From: an uncultured Candidatus Saccharibacteria bacterium
Lineage (GTDB): Bacteria > Patescibacteriota > Minisyncoccia > Phycocordibacterales > UBA12088
Direction of reading: 5' to 3'
Length of the DNA stretch: 64,000 nt
Assembly: GCA_964562615.1 (NCBI GenBank)
Contig: CAZLUD010000002.1
Location: 17,907 to 81,906, forward strand
Shown: positions 29,154 to 38,747 of the stretch, piece after piece
Layout: every line of letters begins with the position of its first letter
How positions within the stretch are numbered: the first letter of the stretch is position 1
Notes under the pieces: generated by a model
The model's input: the letters and a program-made list of their open reading frames with translations, nothing else
What the model was told of the DNA's origin: nothing
The model's database searches: none
Translations under genes and position numbers: made by a program

Positions 29154-30443
29154 ATGGAACAAGAAAACACCCCAACAAACACGCCGCAAGAGAAGACTTC
29201 ACGAACCTCATTTATCACTAAATTTGCTGAGGGTGGTATTGCATTTCTTCTTGTGGTTACGGTTGCGTTTGGCGCCGGCTTTGTCATTGGTGGAAAGCAA
29301 AGCACAACCAATGCAGAAGTGATCTACTCATTTTGGGGAGACCTTAATGAGGTACAACCTGAAGGTGTTGACTTTGGTCCCTTTTTTAAAGCGTGGAATT
29401 TGCTAAAGGATAAATACGTTCCTTCTACTGCATCAAGCACACAAGCTATCTCAGATGAGGACCTTATGTGGGGAGCGATACAAGGACTTACTGCAAGTTA
29501 TGGTGATCCATACACTGCATTCCTCCCACCGGTAGAAAACAAGCTTTTTGAAGAAGATATACAAGGATCATTTGGTGGAGTCGGTATGGAGATTGGTATA
29601 CGGGAAGAAGTACTAACGGTTATTTCTCCACTTAAAGATTCTCCTGCTGAAAAGGCCGGACTTCGTCCTGGCGATAAGATTATCGCTATTAACGGAGTTA
29701 CCACTCAAGGAATTACTATAGAAAAAGGCGTACTCAGTATTCGAGGTGAGGTAGGTACTACGGTTGTGCTTACTATCATTAGAGATGGCGGATCACCACA
29801 AGAAATTTCAGTCATTCGCGGTACCATAAGTATCCCAACACTAAAGACTCAGATGAGAAATGATGGCATATTTGAAGTCTCACTATATAGCTTTGGTGCT
29901 ACGTCTCCTGAGATGTTTAGAAATGCAATGAGGACATTTAGTGAAAGTGGAAGCAATAAGCTATTACTTGATCTAAGGGGTAACCCAGGTGGGTATCTTG
30001 AGGCTGCGGTTGATATGGCAAGCTGGTTCCTCCCGGTAGGAGAGGTGGTGGTGCAAGAACACTTTGGCGATGGCTCGGTGCCTCGCATGTACAGGTCTAA
30101 GGGTTACGATGTATTTGGTGATGATCTACAAATGGTAATACTGGTTGATCAAGGATCAGCATCAGCTTCAGAAATACTTGCAGGTGCCCTAAAAGAACAT
30201 GGTATTGCAACGCTTATTGGAGAAAAGACGTTTGGAAAGGGATCAGTACAAGAGCTCATTTCAGTCACTAACAGCACCTCAATCAAAATAACGGTTGCGC
30301 GTTGGCTGACTCCACTTGGACACTCAATATCAGAGAGCGGACTTACCCCTGATTATGTAGAAACTATTACCCCAGAAAGTCTTAAGGAGGGTAGAGATCT
30401 ACAAAAAGAGCGAGCGGTGAAGTTCCTTCTTCAAGGCTTCTAG
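29154..30443 (+). CDS. S41 family C-terminal processing peptidase
   Basis: PDZ domain, DLRGNPGG, SASASEI, FGKGSVQ. Confidence 0.95.
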   Translation: MEQENTPTNTPQEKTSRTSFITKFAEGGIAFLLVVTVAFGAGFVIGGKQSTTNAEVIYSFWGDLNEVQPEGVDFGPFFKAWNLLKDKYVPSTASSTQAISDEDLMWGAIQGLTASYGDPYTAFLPPVENKLFEEDIQGSFGGVGMEIGIREEVLTVISPLKDSPAEKAGLRPGDKIIAINGVTTQGITIEKGVLSIRGEVGTTVVLTIIRDGGSPQEISVIRGTISIPTLKTQMRNDGIFEVSLYSFGATSPEMFRNAMRTFSESGSNKLLLDLRGNPGGYLEAAVDMASWFLPVGEVVVQEHFGDGSVPRMYRSKGYDVFGDDLQMVILVDQGSASASEILAGALKEHGIATLIGEKTFGKGSVQELISVTNSTSIKITVARWLTPLGHSISESGLTPDYVETITPESLKEGRDLQKERAVKFLLQGF

Positions 30444-30477
30444 TGTCTGGTGCATTATTTAACTCTATACATCTGTT

Positions 30478-30924
30478 ATGAAAGTTATTCTACTTAGAGA
30501 TATCCCAAAGATTGGAAAGAAGCATGAGGTAAAAGAAGTAAGTGAAGGGTACGCGCAGAATTTTCTCTTTCCAAAAAAATACGCAGAGGCAGCAACACCA
30601 AGCAAAGTTGCTAAGCTAGAAGAGCAAAAGATAGCCTCAAGTGCGACACAACAGCTACATCATGAATTGTTTGTAAAAACTATTACCTCGCTTGAGGGTG
30701 CGGTGGTGATGCTTGCCGCGAAGGGTAATGACAAGGGACACTTGTACGAAGGAATACACAAAGATGAAATAATTGCTGCGATTATGGAGCAAAAAGGAGT
30801 ACACCTAAGTCCAGAGCATGTGGCACTTGTGCATCCACTAAAGACTACTGGCGACCACTTAGTTGTGGTGGGTACTAAAGAGGTGTCGGCTACTGTAACA
30901 ATTAGCATACAGGAACAAAAGTAA
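30478..30924 (+). CDS. rplI: 50S ribosomal protein L9
   Basis: MKVILLRD..GK...EV..GYAQNFLFP. Confidence 0.95.
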   Translation: MKVILLRDIPKIGKKHEVKEVSEGYAQNFLFPKKYAEAATPSKVAKLEEQKIASSATQQLHHELFVKTITSLEGAVVMLAAKGNDKGHLYEGIHKDEIIAAIMEQKGVHLSPEHVALVHPLKTTGDHLVVVGTKEVSATVTISIQEQK

Positions 30925-31015
30925 AGTAGTACTTGAGCGTGTCGCTTGTGTGTGGATGACAAGTGATGCAAGCGATGAGTGATACTGAAGAATGAATGAT
31001 AGAGTAGAGTGATAT

Positions 31016-31050
31016 ATCAAAAGGGCCTCACTGTGTGAGGCCCTTTTGAT
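31016..31050. terminator. Bidirectional terminator rplI/rpmA
   Basis: ATCAAAAGGGCCTCAC...GTGAGGCCCTTTTGAT. Confidence 0.8.
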
Positions 31051-31067
31051 TGTGTGCTACGTATAGA

Positions 31068-31340
31068 TTACGTAACGTTTATTACTTTCTTTACTTGGGT
31101 CTTTCCGTTAAAGGATGTCTTTCGTCGTGATGTGATGCTTACGACACCTTCTTTAGTAGCAAATAGAGTGTGGTCTTTGCCCATAGAAACATTTTTACCT
31201 GCTTCCATGCGAGAACCTCGCTGTCGTAGGAGCACAGCTCCTGGCCATGCCTTTTCTCCGGAATACTTCTTCACACCAAGGTATTTTGGCTTTGAATCTC
31301 TTAGGTTTTTTGCGGTTCCGCCTGCTTTTCTATGTGCCAT
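31068..31340 (-). CDS. rpmA: 50S ribosomal protein L27
   Basis: MAHRKAGG..NLRDS..KYLGVK, RQRG. Confidence 0.97.
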   Translation of the reverse strand: MAHRKAGGTAKNLRDSKPKYLGVKKYSGEKAWPGAVLLRQRGSRMEAGKNVSMGKDHTLFATKEGVVSITSRRKTSFNGKTQVKKVINVT

Positions 31341-31378
31341 GGTGGTTTAGTGTGCCTAAAATACTATATAATTGAAGT

Positions 31379-31738
31379 ATGAGAACTATACCAGAAATGA
31401 TAAAAATGGGCAAGCAAGCCATCAAAACACTAACTACGGGCAGTATGCTTACCTTTATATTGGTGGCGCTTGTGGCTGTAGCCTCATTCGGGCTTGGGCG
31501 ATTATCGATGCTGGATGCGTCACATACGGTATCCCTTGTTGAAATGCCCCTAACTGAGGGGCAGCCGGCGCTAGTTATGGGAGGTACATTTGTTGCCTCA
31601 AAAAAGGGTAGTGCGTACTACTTTCCGTGGTGTGCAGGCGCAGAGCGAATTACCCCTTCAAATATGGTATGGTTTACCTCAAGAGAGCAAGCAGAAAAAG
31701 CGGGGTATGCTCCTGCAAAAAATTGTAGTGGACTATAA
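31379..31738 (+). CDS. Membrane-anchored protein with Ada-like metal-binding domain
   Basis: TM plus VASKKG..YYFPWC...F.S..AEKAGY.PAKNC. Confidence 0.7.
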   Translation: MRTIPEMIKMGKQAIKTLTTGSMLTFILVALVAVASFGLGRLSMLDASHTVSLVEMPLTEGQPALVMGGTFVASKKGSAYYFPWCAGAERITPSNMVWFTSREQAEKAGYAPAKNCSGL

Positions 31739-31756
31739 CAATAATTATCTACCAGC

Positions 31757-32347
31757 ATGATAGTACTTGATATTGAGGCGAGTGGAACAGAATACGATGT
31801 ACACTCTATTGTGTCACTTGGTGCGCTTGAGCTTGCTAATCCTAGCAACCGTTTTTATCTGGAGTGTCGAGTATGGGAAGGGGCAGATATCATGGAAGAA
31901 GCGCTAATGGTAAATGGATTTACGGTTGAACAGATAACTGACATCACCAAACCTACAGAAGAAGAATTGCTCCATGCATTTCTTGCGTGGGCAGAACCAA
32001 TAGCAGACAAAACTCTTGCTGGGCAGAATGTTTCATTTGATAGAGATTATATAAAGGCGGCATGTAAGCGTGCGGGCGTTAATTTTCCATTTGCCTACAG
32101 AACAATAGACACACACACGCTTGCCTACATGCATATGGTTACTCGAGGTATCACCCCACCTTTTGACAGGGCAAAGCACAGAACGGCGCTTAATCTAGAC
32201 GCGGTACTTAATTATGTGGGCATTGCAGATGAGCCAGAGCCACACAATGCCCTTACCGGCGCACTCTCCCACGCTGAGGTAATCTCTCGATTGCTGTACG
32301 GGAAAAAGTTACTCCCGGAGTTTTCTGGTGACGAAATTCCATTTTAG
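31757..32347 (+). CDS. DEDDh-type 3'-5' exonuclease
   Basis: DIE, QNVSFD, HNAL; the last Asp appears replaced (HNALTGA). Confidence 0.8.
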   Translation: MIVLDIEASGTEYDVHSIVSLGALELANPSNRFYLECRVWEGADIMEEALMVNGFTVEQITDITKPTEEELLHAFLAWAEPIADKTLAGQNVSFDRDYIKAACKRAGVNFPFAYRTIDTHTLAYMHMVTRGITPPFDRAKHRTALNLDAVLNYVGIADEPEPHNALTGALSHAEVISRLLYGKKLLPEFSGDEIPF

Positions 32348-32356
32348 TTGCGCGAC

Positions 32357-33754
32357 ATGAGTAATCACCCAACTGTTATTGTTATATTGGGAGGAACGGG
32401 CGATCTTGCAAAGACAAAGCTCATCCCTGCATTTTTTGACCTCTTTTGTGCAGGGTATCTTCCTGATGACTTTGTTATTCTTGGCATCTCAAGAAAAATA
32501 CTTACTAATGAAGAATTCGCGCATTTGGTGAGTGAGTCAATACGAAAGAGAGTGGGGGTGAGTAACGATGATATACGTGCGTTTCTTTCTCATCTTAGAT
32601 TTTTACAGGGAGCACTTGATGTACCAACTGACTATGAACTGCTCTCTCGAGAACTGCATCGCATGGATACCACGCGTGGGGTGTGCATGAACAAGCTATT
32701 TTACCTTGCTACACAACCCATGTTGTACGCCAGTATATTTGAAAATCTCGCACATTCAGGGCTCTCTGTAGGGTGCGCTCACCATAATGAGGGGTGGGTA
32801 CGAATAGTCGTAGAAAAGCCATTTGGTAATGATCTTTCTACCGCGATACAGCTTGATGAGATGCTTGGACTACTTTTTAAAGAAGAACAAATTTTTAGAA
32901 TGGATCACTACTTGGCAAAAGAATCACTTGAAAACATTCTTGCGTTTCGCTTTGCTAATAGCTTGTTTGAACCGCTTTGGAGTAATGAGCACATAGCGCG
33001 CATTGAGGTAAAGCTACTTGAGTCAAAAGGTATAGAGGGTAGGGAAGGCTTTTTTGATGCGGTTGGGCAGCTTAAAGACGTGGGACAAAATCATGTACTA
33101 CAAATGCTTGCTGTTACCGTTATGGATAATCCGCAAGCACTTACTGCAGCGGCGGTACGTAGTGCACGTGCTCAAGTGCTTGGTTCACTTACGTACTCGG
33201 CTGACTCGTTGTTGATTAAGGGCCAATACAAGGGATACAAAAGTAATGCAGATGAGACATCATCCACCACTGATACCTACTTTAAAATTCAAGCAGAGAT
33301 AGACTCGCCGCGTTGGAGAGGTGTTCCTATTATTCTTGAATCGGGTAAGGCACTTGATAGGGACGAGGTGGCAATTGAAGTGGTATTTAAAGAGAAAGAC
33401 ACATTTCTTATTGATACAACCGATACTATATTTGTACAAAACAGAGTTATCTTTAGGATACAACCTAACCCAGCTATTATTGTGCGGTTTTGGACAAAAA
33501 AGCCTGGCTACGCAATGGACATAGCGCCACAGGATGCAGTGTTTCCGATTTTACAACAGACTACAACGCGGGTGAGAGATGCGTATGAAAAAATTTTGCT
33601 TGATGCACTTACGGGCGATCAGATGCTCTTTGCTTCTAGTAAAGAGGTACATGATGCATGGACATTTATCGCGCCGATACTAACCACTTGGAAAGATATA
33701 GCTCCTATTGAGTATGAACGGGGAGCGCATCCAGGAAGTATCACTCATTCATGA
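32357..33754 (+). CDS. zwf: Glucose-6-phosphate dehydrogenase
   Basis: GGTGDLA, EKPFG, RMDHYLAKE, QNH. Confidence 0.96.
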   Translation: MSNHPTVIVILGGTGDLAKTKLIPAFFDLFCAGYLPDDFVILGISRKILTNEEFAHLVSESIRKRVGVSNDDIRAFLSHLRFLQGALDVPTDYELLSRELHRMDTTRGVCMNKLFYLATQPMLYASIFENLAHSGLSVGCAHHNEGWVRIVVEKPFGNDLSTAIQLDEMLGLLFKEEQIFRMDHYLAKESLENILAFRFANSLFEPLWSNEHIARIEVKLLESKGIEGREGFFDAVGQLKDVGQNHVLQMLAVTVMDNPQALTAAAVRSARAQVLGSLTYSADSLLIKGQYKGYKSNADETSSTTDTYFKIQAEIDSPRWRGVPIILESGKALDRDEVAIEVVFKEKDTFLIDTTDTIFVQNRVIFRIQPNPAIIVRFWTKKPGYAMDIAPQDAVFPILQQTTTRVRDAYEKILLDALTGDQMLFASSKEVHDAWTFIAPILTTWKDIAPIEYERGAHPGSITHS

Positions 33755-34461
33755 ACAGAGTAACTAACCACGATAGTGTTGCGCTTGCTAAAGAGGCAGC
33801 ACAACTACTTGCGGCACATATACAAACACACCAATCGGGTGGTGTGCTGGTGCTTTTCTCGGGCGGCTCTGCATTATCTGTAGTAGATCATTTACCAAAA
33901 ACGGTATTTGGCGATAGGTGCACAGTATCAGTAGTGGATGAGCGATATACTCATGATACGACGCATCATAATTTTTATAATGTGATTGCACGGCTAAAGG
34001 CACATACAATTGCCGTGCCACAAACCATTGATACTACAGTACAGAAAGAAGAATCATTTGAGGAGTATGTCCAAAGAGTCGCTGCAGCGCACACACAGTG
34101 GCACGCTACACACCCTCAAGGAAAAGTAGTGGCATTGTTTGGTATAGGAGAGGATGGACACACTGCGGGTATCTTTCCTGCGGCACACACTACTTTTATT
34201 GATGCATATGAGCGTGCCGATGCAATAGTGCCGGTGCTAGAAGGCAAGGCACATGCCCCGTTTTGTGAACGAATTACCATCTCGCTGCCATATATACGCA
34301 CCATTAGTGATGCGGTTGTGTACGTGGTGGGAGAAAACAAACGCGCTGCAGTACAGCGTGTGTGTGGCAACGTAGGATCACTCGCAACAACCCCCGCGAG
34401 GGTCTTTAGAGAGCTACGTTCGGCAACGCTATGTACCAGCTCTACAACTGACATGATATAA
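33751..34461 (+). CDS. pgl: 6-phosphogluconolactonase
   Basis: SGGS, DER, GIGEDGHTAGIFP; follows zwf. Confidence 0.85.
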   Translation: MNRVTNHDSVALAKEAAQLLAAHIQTHQSGGVLVLFSGGSALSVVDHLPKTVFGDRCTVSVVDERYTHDTTHHNFYNVIARLKAHTIAVPQTIDTTVQKEESFEEYVQRVAAAHTQWHATHPQGKVVALFGIGEDGHTAGIFPAAHTTFIDAYERADAIVPVLEGKAHAPFCERITISLPYIRTISDAVVYVVGENKRAAVQRVCGNVGSLATTPARVFRELRSATLCTSSTTDMI

Positions 34462-34468
34462 TATTCGC

Positions 34469-35191
34469 ATGTCGTTTTTACGAAAGAAAACACTAGAAAA
34501 GTTTGTTGAAAAGAAACCAACACGAGGCAGTGTTTGCCGTGTGGATGATGAGTTGCTTGCTGAAGGAGACACTGAAAAGTCGTGGCGAGTGTTTAAGATA
34601 ATGTCTGAGTTTGTTTCTGGATTTGAAATACTTAAAAAGTACGGACTTGCGGCAACATTCTTTGGTACTGCGCGATGTAAAGAAGGTGACATTGACTGCA
34701 AAATGGCTCGCGACTTGGCGCACCGATTAAGTGATGATGGATTTGCCATTATCACCGGAGGAGGGGGAGGCGTGATGAGTGCCGCTAATCGTGGTGCGTA
34801 TGAGGCAGGTGGTCACTCTATTGGTCTTAATATTCAACTACCAGAAGAACAGCGAATTAACTCGTATGTGACTGATAGTAGGAGTTTCCATTACTTTTTT
34901 ATACGAAAGGTAATGCTCTCGTATGCGTCTGAGGTGTATATATTTATGCCTGGAGGATTTGGTACTCTTGATGAGTTTTTTGAAATCGTAACGCTGGTAC
35001 AAACTAAAAAAATTACCTCAATCCCGATTCTGTTGGTAGGAAAGAAGTACTGGACGCCGCTTGTTACCTGGATGCAGGAGATGCTCTATGAACAAAAAAA
35101 ATATATCAATAAAGAAGATATAGACCTTTTTCATCTTGTTGATTCGGTAGACGAGGCACATGAACTTATCAGAACACTAGTGCCACGATAA
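34469..35191 (+). CDS. LOG-family (TIGR00730) nucleotide 5'-monophosphate nucleosidase-like protein
   Basis: ITGGG.GVM.AAN.GA, PGGFGTLDE. Confidence 0.9.
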   Translation: MSFLRKKTLEKFVEKKPTRGSVCRVDDELLAEGDTEKSWRVFKIMSEFVSGFEILKKYGLAATFFGTARCKEGDIDCKMARDLAHRLSDDGFAIITGGGGGVMSAANRGAYEAGGHSIGLNIQLPEEQRINSYVTDSRSFHYFFIRKVMLSYASEVYIFMPGGFGTLDEFFEIVTLVQTKKITSIPILLVGKKYWTPLVTWMQEMLYEQKKYINKEDIDLFHLVDSVDEAHELIRTLVPR

Positions 35192-36117
35192 TGGATATGT
35201 CGTACACAGAATTGCTCGCTACATTTACAGAGGATGCATTGCCAGATCTCACTACTGTGACACAGGGCGCAATTGAGCTTTTTGAACAAACAGCTGTACC
35301 TATCACAGAGTCTATACCACCTAGTACGCTGGTTATTGGGAGTGGCAACGCGTTATCAGTTGGGCGAATCATTTCTCACGAAAAAGCATTTTATGCCGAC
35401 GAAACTAACTACAAGGATGTACTTGCTGACAAAAAGGGCATGATTGATAGAGTGTTGCTTATTTCTGCGTCAGGAGGCAAACACTCGATTGAGATTGCTG
35501 CGTGGGTAAAAGAAAGTGGGGTGCCGCTTGTTTTGTACACTAACACCGCAACACCACGCGCTGGAGAATATATTCCTACCGAGAACATTGTTGTATTTCC
35601 TAAAAATAGAGAGCCATATACCTATAATGTATCAACCTATCTTGGTATGATACTTGCACAGACAAAAGAGCGTGCCGGTGACCTGGGGCACCATATTGCA
35701 ACGCTACTGCCCACTCTTCCTAAAAATTTTGCGTCGTATGACTCGTTTTTCTTTTTATTGCCAGCATCGCATAGGTTAGTAGCGCCTATGCTGCTTACTA
35801 AATTTGATGAACTTTTTGGCTCGAGAGTGAGTGCGCGTGCCTTTACTATAGAGGAGGCAAAACATGCCAAGACCCTTATTTCAAACGAAAAGGAGCTGTT
35901 TATAAGCATAGGGGTACCCCATAATCCATTTGCTGAAAACACGCTTTTTATTCCTATGCCAGCATCTTCTGACTATGCCGCGTATATGTGCACTGCGTAC
36001 GCAATTATTGGCATGATACAAGCGCAACATCCACCATACTATATGGAGCATATACGTGAATACGTACGGCGTTCTTCAGAAGTGTTTGGACACGAAATAC
36101 CGGTAATTGTTACATAG
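35191..36117 (+). CDS. SIS-domain sugar-phosphate isomerase-like protein
   Basis: GSGNA, ISASG, E..H pattern; sugar-metabolism context. Confidence 0.6.
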   Translation: MDMSYTELLATFTEDALPDLTTVTQGAIELFEQTAVPITESIPPSTLVIGSGNALSVGRIISHEKAFYADETNYKDVLADKKGMIDRVLLISASGGKHSIEIAAWVKESGVPLVLYTNTATPRAGEYIPTENIVVFPKNREPYTYNVSTYLGMILAQTKERAGDLGHHIATLLPTLPKNFASYDSFFFLLPASHRLVAPMLLTKFDELFGSRVSARAFTIEEAKHAKTLISNEKELFISIGVPHNPFAENTLFIPMPASSDYAAYMCTAYAIIGMIQAQHPPYYMEHIREYVRRSSEVFGHEIPVIVT

Positions 36118-36119
36118 TC

Positions 36120-37022
36120 ATGTATCTTGTTTTTGATATTGGTGGTACAAAAATGCGTCTTGCGCTATCGCATGATCTTCATACATTCCATAGCGAGCCG
36201 TACATTGTAGATACGCCACAAGCATACGCGGACGCCCTTGAGTATATAGGTACATTCCTCTCTCAAAAATCAGAACATATTTCTGCCGCACCACTTCGTG
36301 TGGTGGCAGGAGGTATCGCAGGGACACTTGCTGCAGATAAGCAATCGCTAATTGATACAACAAATATTGGAGCGGATTGGGTGGGTAAGCCACTTGCACA
36401 TGATATTGCCATGATTGCAGGTGTTAATGTTGTGGACGTGTATCTTGAAAACGACTGCACTATGGTAGGGCTAGGTGAGCTTTATCACGGATCGGGAAGT
36501 GCGTATTCAAAAGAGGATACTACTATTGCTTATGTGACCGTATCAACCGGCGTCGGTAGTGCACTGTTTACCCACGGCAAGCCAGATGATACAGTGCCAT
36601 TTTTAATAAATCGAGTAGTGCTTACCGATGCGCAAACGGCATGCCCGCAGTGCACGGCGGTGGTAGGAAGAGACGCTATTGATATTGAGTCTATGATCTC
36701 TGGTACCTCGGTGGAGGCAAGAGTAGGGAAAAAGCCGTATGAAATTCCTCAGGATGATCCGTTATGGGATACGCTTTCTGGGTACCTTGCACAAGGGCTA
36801 AAAGAGCTGGTGTCTGTATGGAATCCATCAGTCATAATTCTTGGCGGCTCTATGATGGTAGGGGATCCCAAAATTTATATGAAGGACCTCACGGCGCACT
36901 TTGCTCAGGTGTGTAATGAGGGTGGTATACCAATAGCACAGCTATGCCTTGCCACGCTCGATAGCCGTGGAGGGTTGTTTGGTGGATTAGTCTATCTTGA
37001 GCAAAAAATACAGAGGGTGTAA
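36120..37022 (+). CDS. ROK family sugar kinase
   Basis: DIGGTK, END, STGVG, ILGG. Confidence 0.88.
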   Translation: MYLVFDIGGTKMRLALSHDLHTFHSEPYIVDTPQAYADALEYIGTFLSQKSEHISAAPLRVVAGGIAGTLAADKQSLIDTTNIGADWVGKPLAHDIAMIAGVNVVDVYLENDCTMVGLGELYHGSGSAYSKEDTTIAYVTVSTGVGSALFTHGKPDDTVPFLINRVVLTDAQTACPQCTAVVGRDAIDIESMISGTSVEARVGKKPYEIPQDDPLWDTLSGYLAQGLKELVSVWNPSVIILGGSMMVGDPKIYMKDLTAHFAQVCNEGGIPIAQLCLATLDSRGGLFGGLVYLEQKIQRV

Positions 37023-37212
37023 TATAGTAATACTATATATGGTACACAAAGCACAGAAAGTTCGTTGGTATGAAAACAAGCAAAACGTTGCGCTTGTTCT
37101 TGGATTCATCAGTACGATGATTACATTTCTCAATTTCTTAGTTGATATAGAATAGCCGATACTGGCTTATATAGTAGCTTTTCTGCTGTCAAGTGTTTGA
37201 AAAGGTGGGTAC

Positions 37213-37282
37213 TTGACTCAATAAGAAAACAGTTTTATAATGTAAACATCTCGAGGTAACCCCCCGAGATTTTTGCTTTTTT
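37213..37282 (+). promoter_or_regulatory. Near-consensus sigma70 promoter immediately followed by a terminator-like hairpin
   Basis: TTGACT-17-TATAAT; ATCTCG/CGAGAT stem plus T-tract. Confidence 0.6.
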
Positions 37283-37291
37283 ACTCAGCTA

Positions 37292-37708
37292 ATACATAGG
37301 CTTATAATCTTACTTCCATTGTTGTTTCTCGCTATCTCGACGTTTAATCAGCCTTCAGTGCTTGCTGCACCTACGGATGTGTTTGCCACAGATGGTGATA
37401 ACGAACGGGTAGAAGAGATCACGAGAGCGTATTTTAGCGATGTGCCAGTAATGGCAGAAATAGCGTGGTGTGAATCTAAGTTTAAGCAGTTTGATGAGCG
37501 TGATGGTGGTGTAGAGCGCGGTGACGTCACGAGTGAAGACGTGGGAGTTATGCAAGTTAACGAGTACTTCCACAAAGACGTTGCTGACTCACTTGGACTT
37601 GATCTTCATACCCTTGGTGGAAATCTTCTCTATGCTCGGTACTTATACGAGAAAGAGGGGACAAAACCTTGGAACTCATCAAAGCATTGTTGGAAAAAAA
37701 GAATCTAA
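37292..37708 (+). CDS. Secreted lysozyme-like/transglycosylase protein; start uncertain (ATA 37292 or TTG 37319)
   Basis: IAWCES.F, DVGVMQVN, N..YA..LY..G..PW. Confidence 0.75.
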   Translation: MHRLIILLPLLFLAISTFNQPSVLAAPTDVFATDGDNERVEEITRAYFSDVPVMAEIAWCESKFKQFDERDGGVERGDVTSEDVGVMQVNEYFHKDVADSLGLDLHTLGGNLLYARYLYEKEGTKPWNSSKHCWKKRI

Positions 37709-37713
37709 CATTA

Positions 37714-37750
37714 CACACAACACCCGTCATTATATGACGGGTGTTGTGTT
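37714..37750. terminator. Bidirectional terminator
   Basis: ACACAACACCCGTCAT/ATGACGGGTGTTGTGT. Confidence 0.75.
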
Positions 37751-37751
37751 G

Positions 37752-38213
37752 TTATAGGGTTATCTCATGCTCGTGCAGGTCTTTTTTATTTGCTTGTGGT
37801 GGAGGTGTGCGGCGCATAAAATAATCTGCGCTTATTCGTCCTGGCCCGTGACCTAAGAGGTAACAAAGCCCTCCGAGTATGGCAATGTTTTTTAACAAAG
37901 AGGTATCGCTAAATGAATTATGAATAAGCAATATGGTAAGGATGGTAAATAGCGCAAGTAATGATGCGCTTATATGGGTTAAAAGCCCTATCACAACAAG
38001 TGAGCCAAAGACAATCTCAATTCCTATTACGGCATAGGTGATAAGCTCAGGGTAGGGCAATGAAAGGGAAGCGACAGTGCTTACCACGCCTTCAATCATG
38101 TATAGCTTTGCGATACCTGAAAACAAAAATAGTGAGCCGATACTTACCCTTCCGATAAGGATGTATATCGTCTCGCATATACCACAGTGATAACGTGAAA
38201 ATGTACTTTGCAT
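37752..38213 (-). CDS. DoxX family membrane protein
   Basis: GR..F.FSG..K, EI..G, KNIAILGG, GPGRISAD. Confidence 0.88.
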   Translation of the reverse strand: MQSTFSRYHCGICETIYILIGRVSIGSLFLFSGIAKLYMIEGVVSTVASLSLPYPELITYAVIGIEIVFGSLVVIGLLTHISASLLALFTILTILLIHNSFSDTSLLKNIAILGGLCYLLGHGPGRISADYFMRRTPPPQANKKDLHEHEITL

Positions 38214-38274
38214 ATATAAAGTATAGCCTATGTTGAAACGCTTGACACCTTATGTAGGGGGAGTAAAATAATTG

Positions 38275-38440
38275 TGTCGATAGGTTCGCGACTCTATCGA
38301 CTTCGACATCGTAGATGGCGTTCCCTCCCCAGGGGCGGTGCGGGTGGAGAGCATTTTCTCTCCATATTGTGAACCGGGCTTGTGGCCCGCACCGCCCTCA
38401 CGGGCCGAGCATAGTCTTCCTTCACTGGAAGACTATTTTT
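38275..38440 (+). ncRNA. Candidate ~165-nt structured ncRNA
   Basis: TTGACA-16-TAAAAT promoter; 8-bp, 12-bp and 7-bp stems; intrinsic terminator. Confidence 0.6.
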
Positions 38441-38502
38441 GTATAGAGACAAAATAGGAAAAGTGATGTATAGTTTATTCAGCAGCAGAAAGGAGAGAGA
38501 GT

Positions 38503-38598
38503 ATGCAAACACTCGCCGAGAGAGTCATGCTTCGCGGTTTGTTACTTGTACCTCTTGTAATTCTTTTCACCCTTCTTCTAAAAGAAACTCTAATTTAG
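38503..38598 (+). CDS. 31-aa hydrophobic peptide, type I toxin-like
   Basis: AGAAAGGAG SD; MQTLAERVMLRGLLLVPLVILFTLLLKETLI; terminator 38626-38669. Confidence 0.55.
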   Translation: MQTLAERVMLRGLLLVPLVILFTLLLKETLI

Positions 38599-38625
38599 AG
38601 GAATATTCTCTCCTCTATTTACCTT

Positions 38626-38669
38626 TACCGCAAGTATGATCTGTGTGATCGTATGTGCGGTATTTTTTT
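38626..38669 (+). terminator. Intrinsic terminator
   Basis: TACCGCAAGTATGATC/GATCGTATGTGCGGTA plus T7. Confidence 0.75.
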
Positions 38670-38747
38670 TGTCCAATTTTTGCCCGTTGAGTAGATATCT
38701 CTTTGTGTGATATAACCTTGGAGGTCACACACATAAGGAGTTTTGGT

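Noticed and set aside
30925-31015. Weak inverted repeats downstream of rplI
   Set aside because: Short and imperfect with no promoter; likely 3' UTR
38365-38400. SRP RNA identity for candidate A (GTGAACC word)
   Set aside because: Lacks the conserved CAGG-CCGGAAGG-AGCAG domain IV motif
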